Shown: positions 62,959-64,000 of the stretch, one piece after another
Numbering within the stretch: the first letter of the stretch is position 1
How the letters are laid out: each line of letters starts with the position of its first letter
Assembly (NCBI GenBank): GCA_045656245.1
Contig: JAZOQT010000067.1
Coordinates: 17,609 to 81,608 of the forward strand
Length of the DNA: 64,000 nt
Origin: Faecousia sp.
GTDB taxonomy: Bacteria > Bacillota > Clostridia > Oscillospirales > Oscillospiraceae
Reading direction: 5' to 3'
The notes under the pieces: model-generated
Database searches by the model: none
The model's input: the letters and a program-made list of their open reading frames with translations, nothing else
What the model was told of the DNA's origin: nothing
Translations under genes and position numbers: made by a program

Positions 62959-64000
62959 TCAGTCGGGGAATTCCCACAGTACTTCCCGAATGATTTCACT
63001 GACAGTGGGGTGGGGGAAGATGATTTGCCGGGCGTCCTGCACACGCATCTGCAATTCAATCATTTGGGCTGCGCCCCAGATGATTTCACCGGAGTAGCTG
63101 CCGATTAGATGTATGCCCAGGATGTTTCTCCGCTTTTTGTCGATGATGATTTTGCAAAGCCCATCTGCGCCCTCGTTTTCCGCCACAAAGCGGCCGGAGT
63201 ACCGCATGGACAGCTTTTGCACCTCGTAGTCAATGCCCTTTTCCTTGCATTCGTCCTCGGTTTTGCCAACGCCGGCAATTTCCGGCTGGGTGTAGATTAC
63301 AGAGGGGTTGGCCTGATACCGCATGGCGTCTTTCTTTCCGGTGATGACATTGACGGTAACCTCTGCCTCCCGATAGGCAGTGTGGGCAAGCATATGGTGG
63401 CCGTTTACATCGCCAATGGCGTAAACCCCCGGGATGTTGGTGCGGCCCATGGTGTCGGTGATGATACCGCGGTCAAAGGACACGCCGATGTTTTCCAGCC
63501 CCAAATCCGCACAGTTAGCCCGGCGTCCGATGGACAGAAGCACCTTGTCCGCAGGGACGGTCTTTTTGTTGCCGGCAGGGTCTTCCACAAAAACCTTTCC
63601 CGGCTCGACGCCGGTTACCTTGTGGCCCAGCAGGAAGGTAATGCCGGACTTCTCCAGCTCCTTTTGCAGCATGGAGCTGATTTCCCGATCGGTAGCGCCG
63701 GCGATGTGATCCAGCATTTCCACCACGGTAACATGCGCGCCCACAGCGCCGAAGTAGCAGGCCATTTCCAGACCGATGACACCGCCGCCGATGACCACCA
63801 ATTCCTTGGGGATTTCCGGCAGGTCCAGAATCTCACGGTTGGTCAGCACAAAGCCGCCCAGATTCTCCTTAAGACCCGGCAGGGGAGGCACAACATTGGA
63901 GGAGCCTGTGGCAACGATCAGCTGCTTTCCGGTATAGGTTTTCCCGGCAGCGCTGACAGTAAAGCCCTGGTCTGCCCTGCCCTCGATGTGCGCCTCTTCC
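62959..64000 (-). CDS. lpdA: Dihydrolipoamide dehydrogenase (5' end outside the window)
   Basis: IVATGS, IGGGVIGLE, YAIGDV, MLAH.A..E, PEIAGVG, HPTVSE. Confidence 0.9.
   Translation of the reverse strand, partial: EEAHIEGRADQGFTVSAAGKTYTGKQLIVATGSSNVVPPLPGLKENLGGFVLTNREILDLPEIPKELVVIGGGVIGLEMACYFGAVGAHVTVVEMLDHIAGATDREISSMLQKELEKSGITFLLGHKVTGVEPGKVFVEDPAGNKKTVPADKVLLSIGRRANCADLGLENIGVSFDRGIITDTMGRTNIPGVYAIGDVNGHHMLAHTAYREAEVTVNVITGKKDAMRYQANPSVIYTQPEIAGVGKTEDECKEKGIDYEVQKLSMRYSGRFVAENEGADGLCKIIIDKKRRNILGIHLIGSYSGEIIWGAAQMIELQMRVQDARQIIFPHPTVSEIIREVLWEFPD

Noticed and set aside
1-64000. CRISPR arrays, tRNA/rRNA genes, IS elements, integrases and defence systems
   Set aside because: I saw no regularly spaced repeats, cloverleafs, transposase/recombinase motifs or nuclease/ATPase defence genes. 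This was a by-eye check, not a computational scan.

Overview
A 64-kb stretch of core chromosome from a spore-forming, moderately GC-rich Clostridia bacterium (gene content and synteny suggest Oscillospiraceae/Ruminococcaceae; inference). I found no integrase, transposase, CRISPR array, rRNA or tRNA. In order: grpE (partial)-hrcA with tandem CIRCE; an orphan phage-switch-like module (XRE repressor divergent from Zn-ribbon, coiled-coil and sigma-region-4 minigenes); tadA, spoIIP, a DUF4363/DUF421 pair, gluQ, a nucleotidyltransferase, mrnC-rqcH and a GH25 lipoprotein; a DUF5685-like gene coupled to a Cys-tailed J-domain protein; a cobalamin riboswitch with ECF-type uptake genes; the recJ-relA-dtd-MBL-hemZ-amidohydrolase-yabM-like-hup-rqcP run; ROK kinase, DAG kinase, Nudix, MATE, an ACT-less aspartokinase and an ACT regulator; ytvI, a P1B ATPase, RluA and yybP-ykoY-mntP; a hisR-hisZG(fused)-DCBHAF-IE-proBAC cluster; an uncharacterised sugar catabolism region (NagB-like, FGGY kinase, SorE-like, PHP, SorD-like, ABC transporter, LacI, fucI, fucU, AEC transporter, G1P dehydrogenase); and lpdA (partial). 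The best candidates for undescribed biology are: (1) the DUF5685-like protein, which carries two isoprenoid-synthase-type Asp motifs and is translationally coupled to a J-domain/TPR co-chaperone ending in Cys-Cys (possible bacterial protein prenylation); (2) the stand-alone Xre/Xpf-like switch with no phage around it; (3) a PTS-independent Sor-like pathway linked to fucose isomerase. All family assignments come from recognising motifs by eye; no database search was run.
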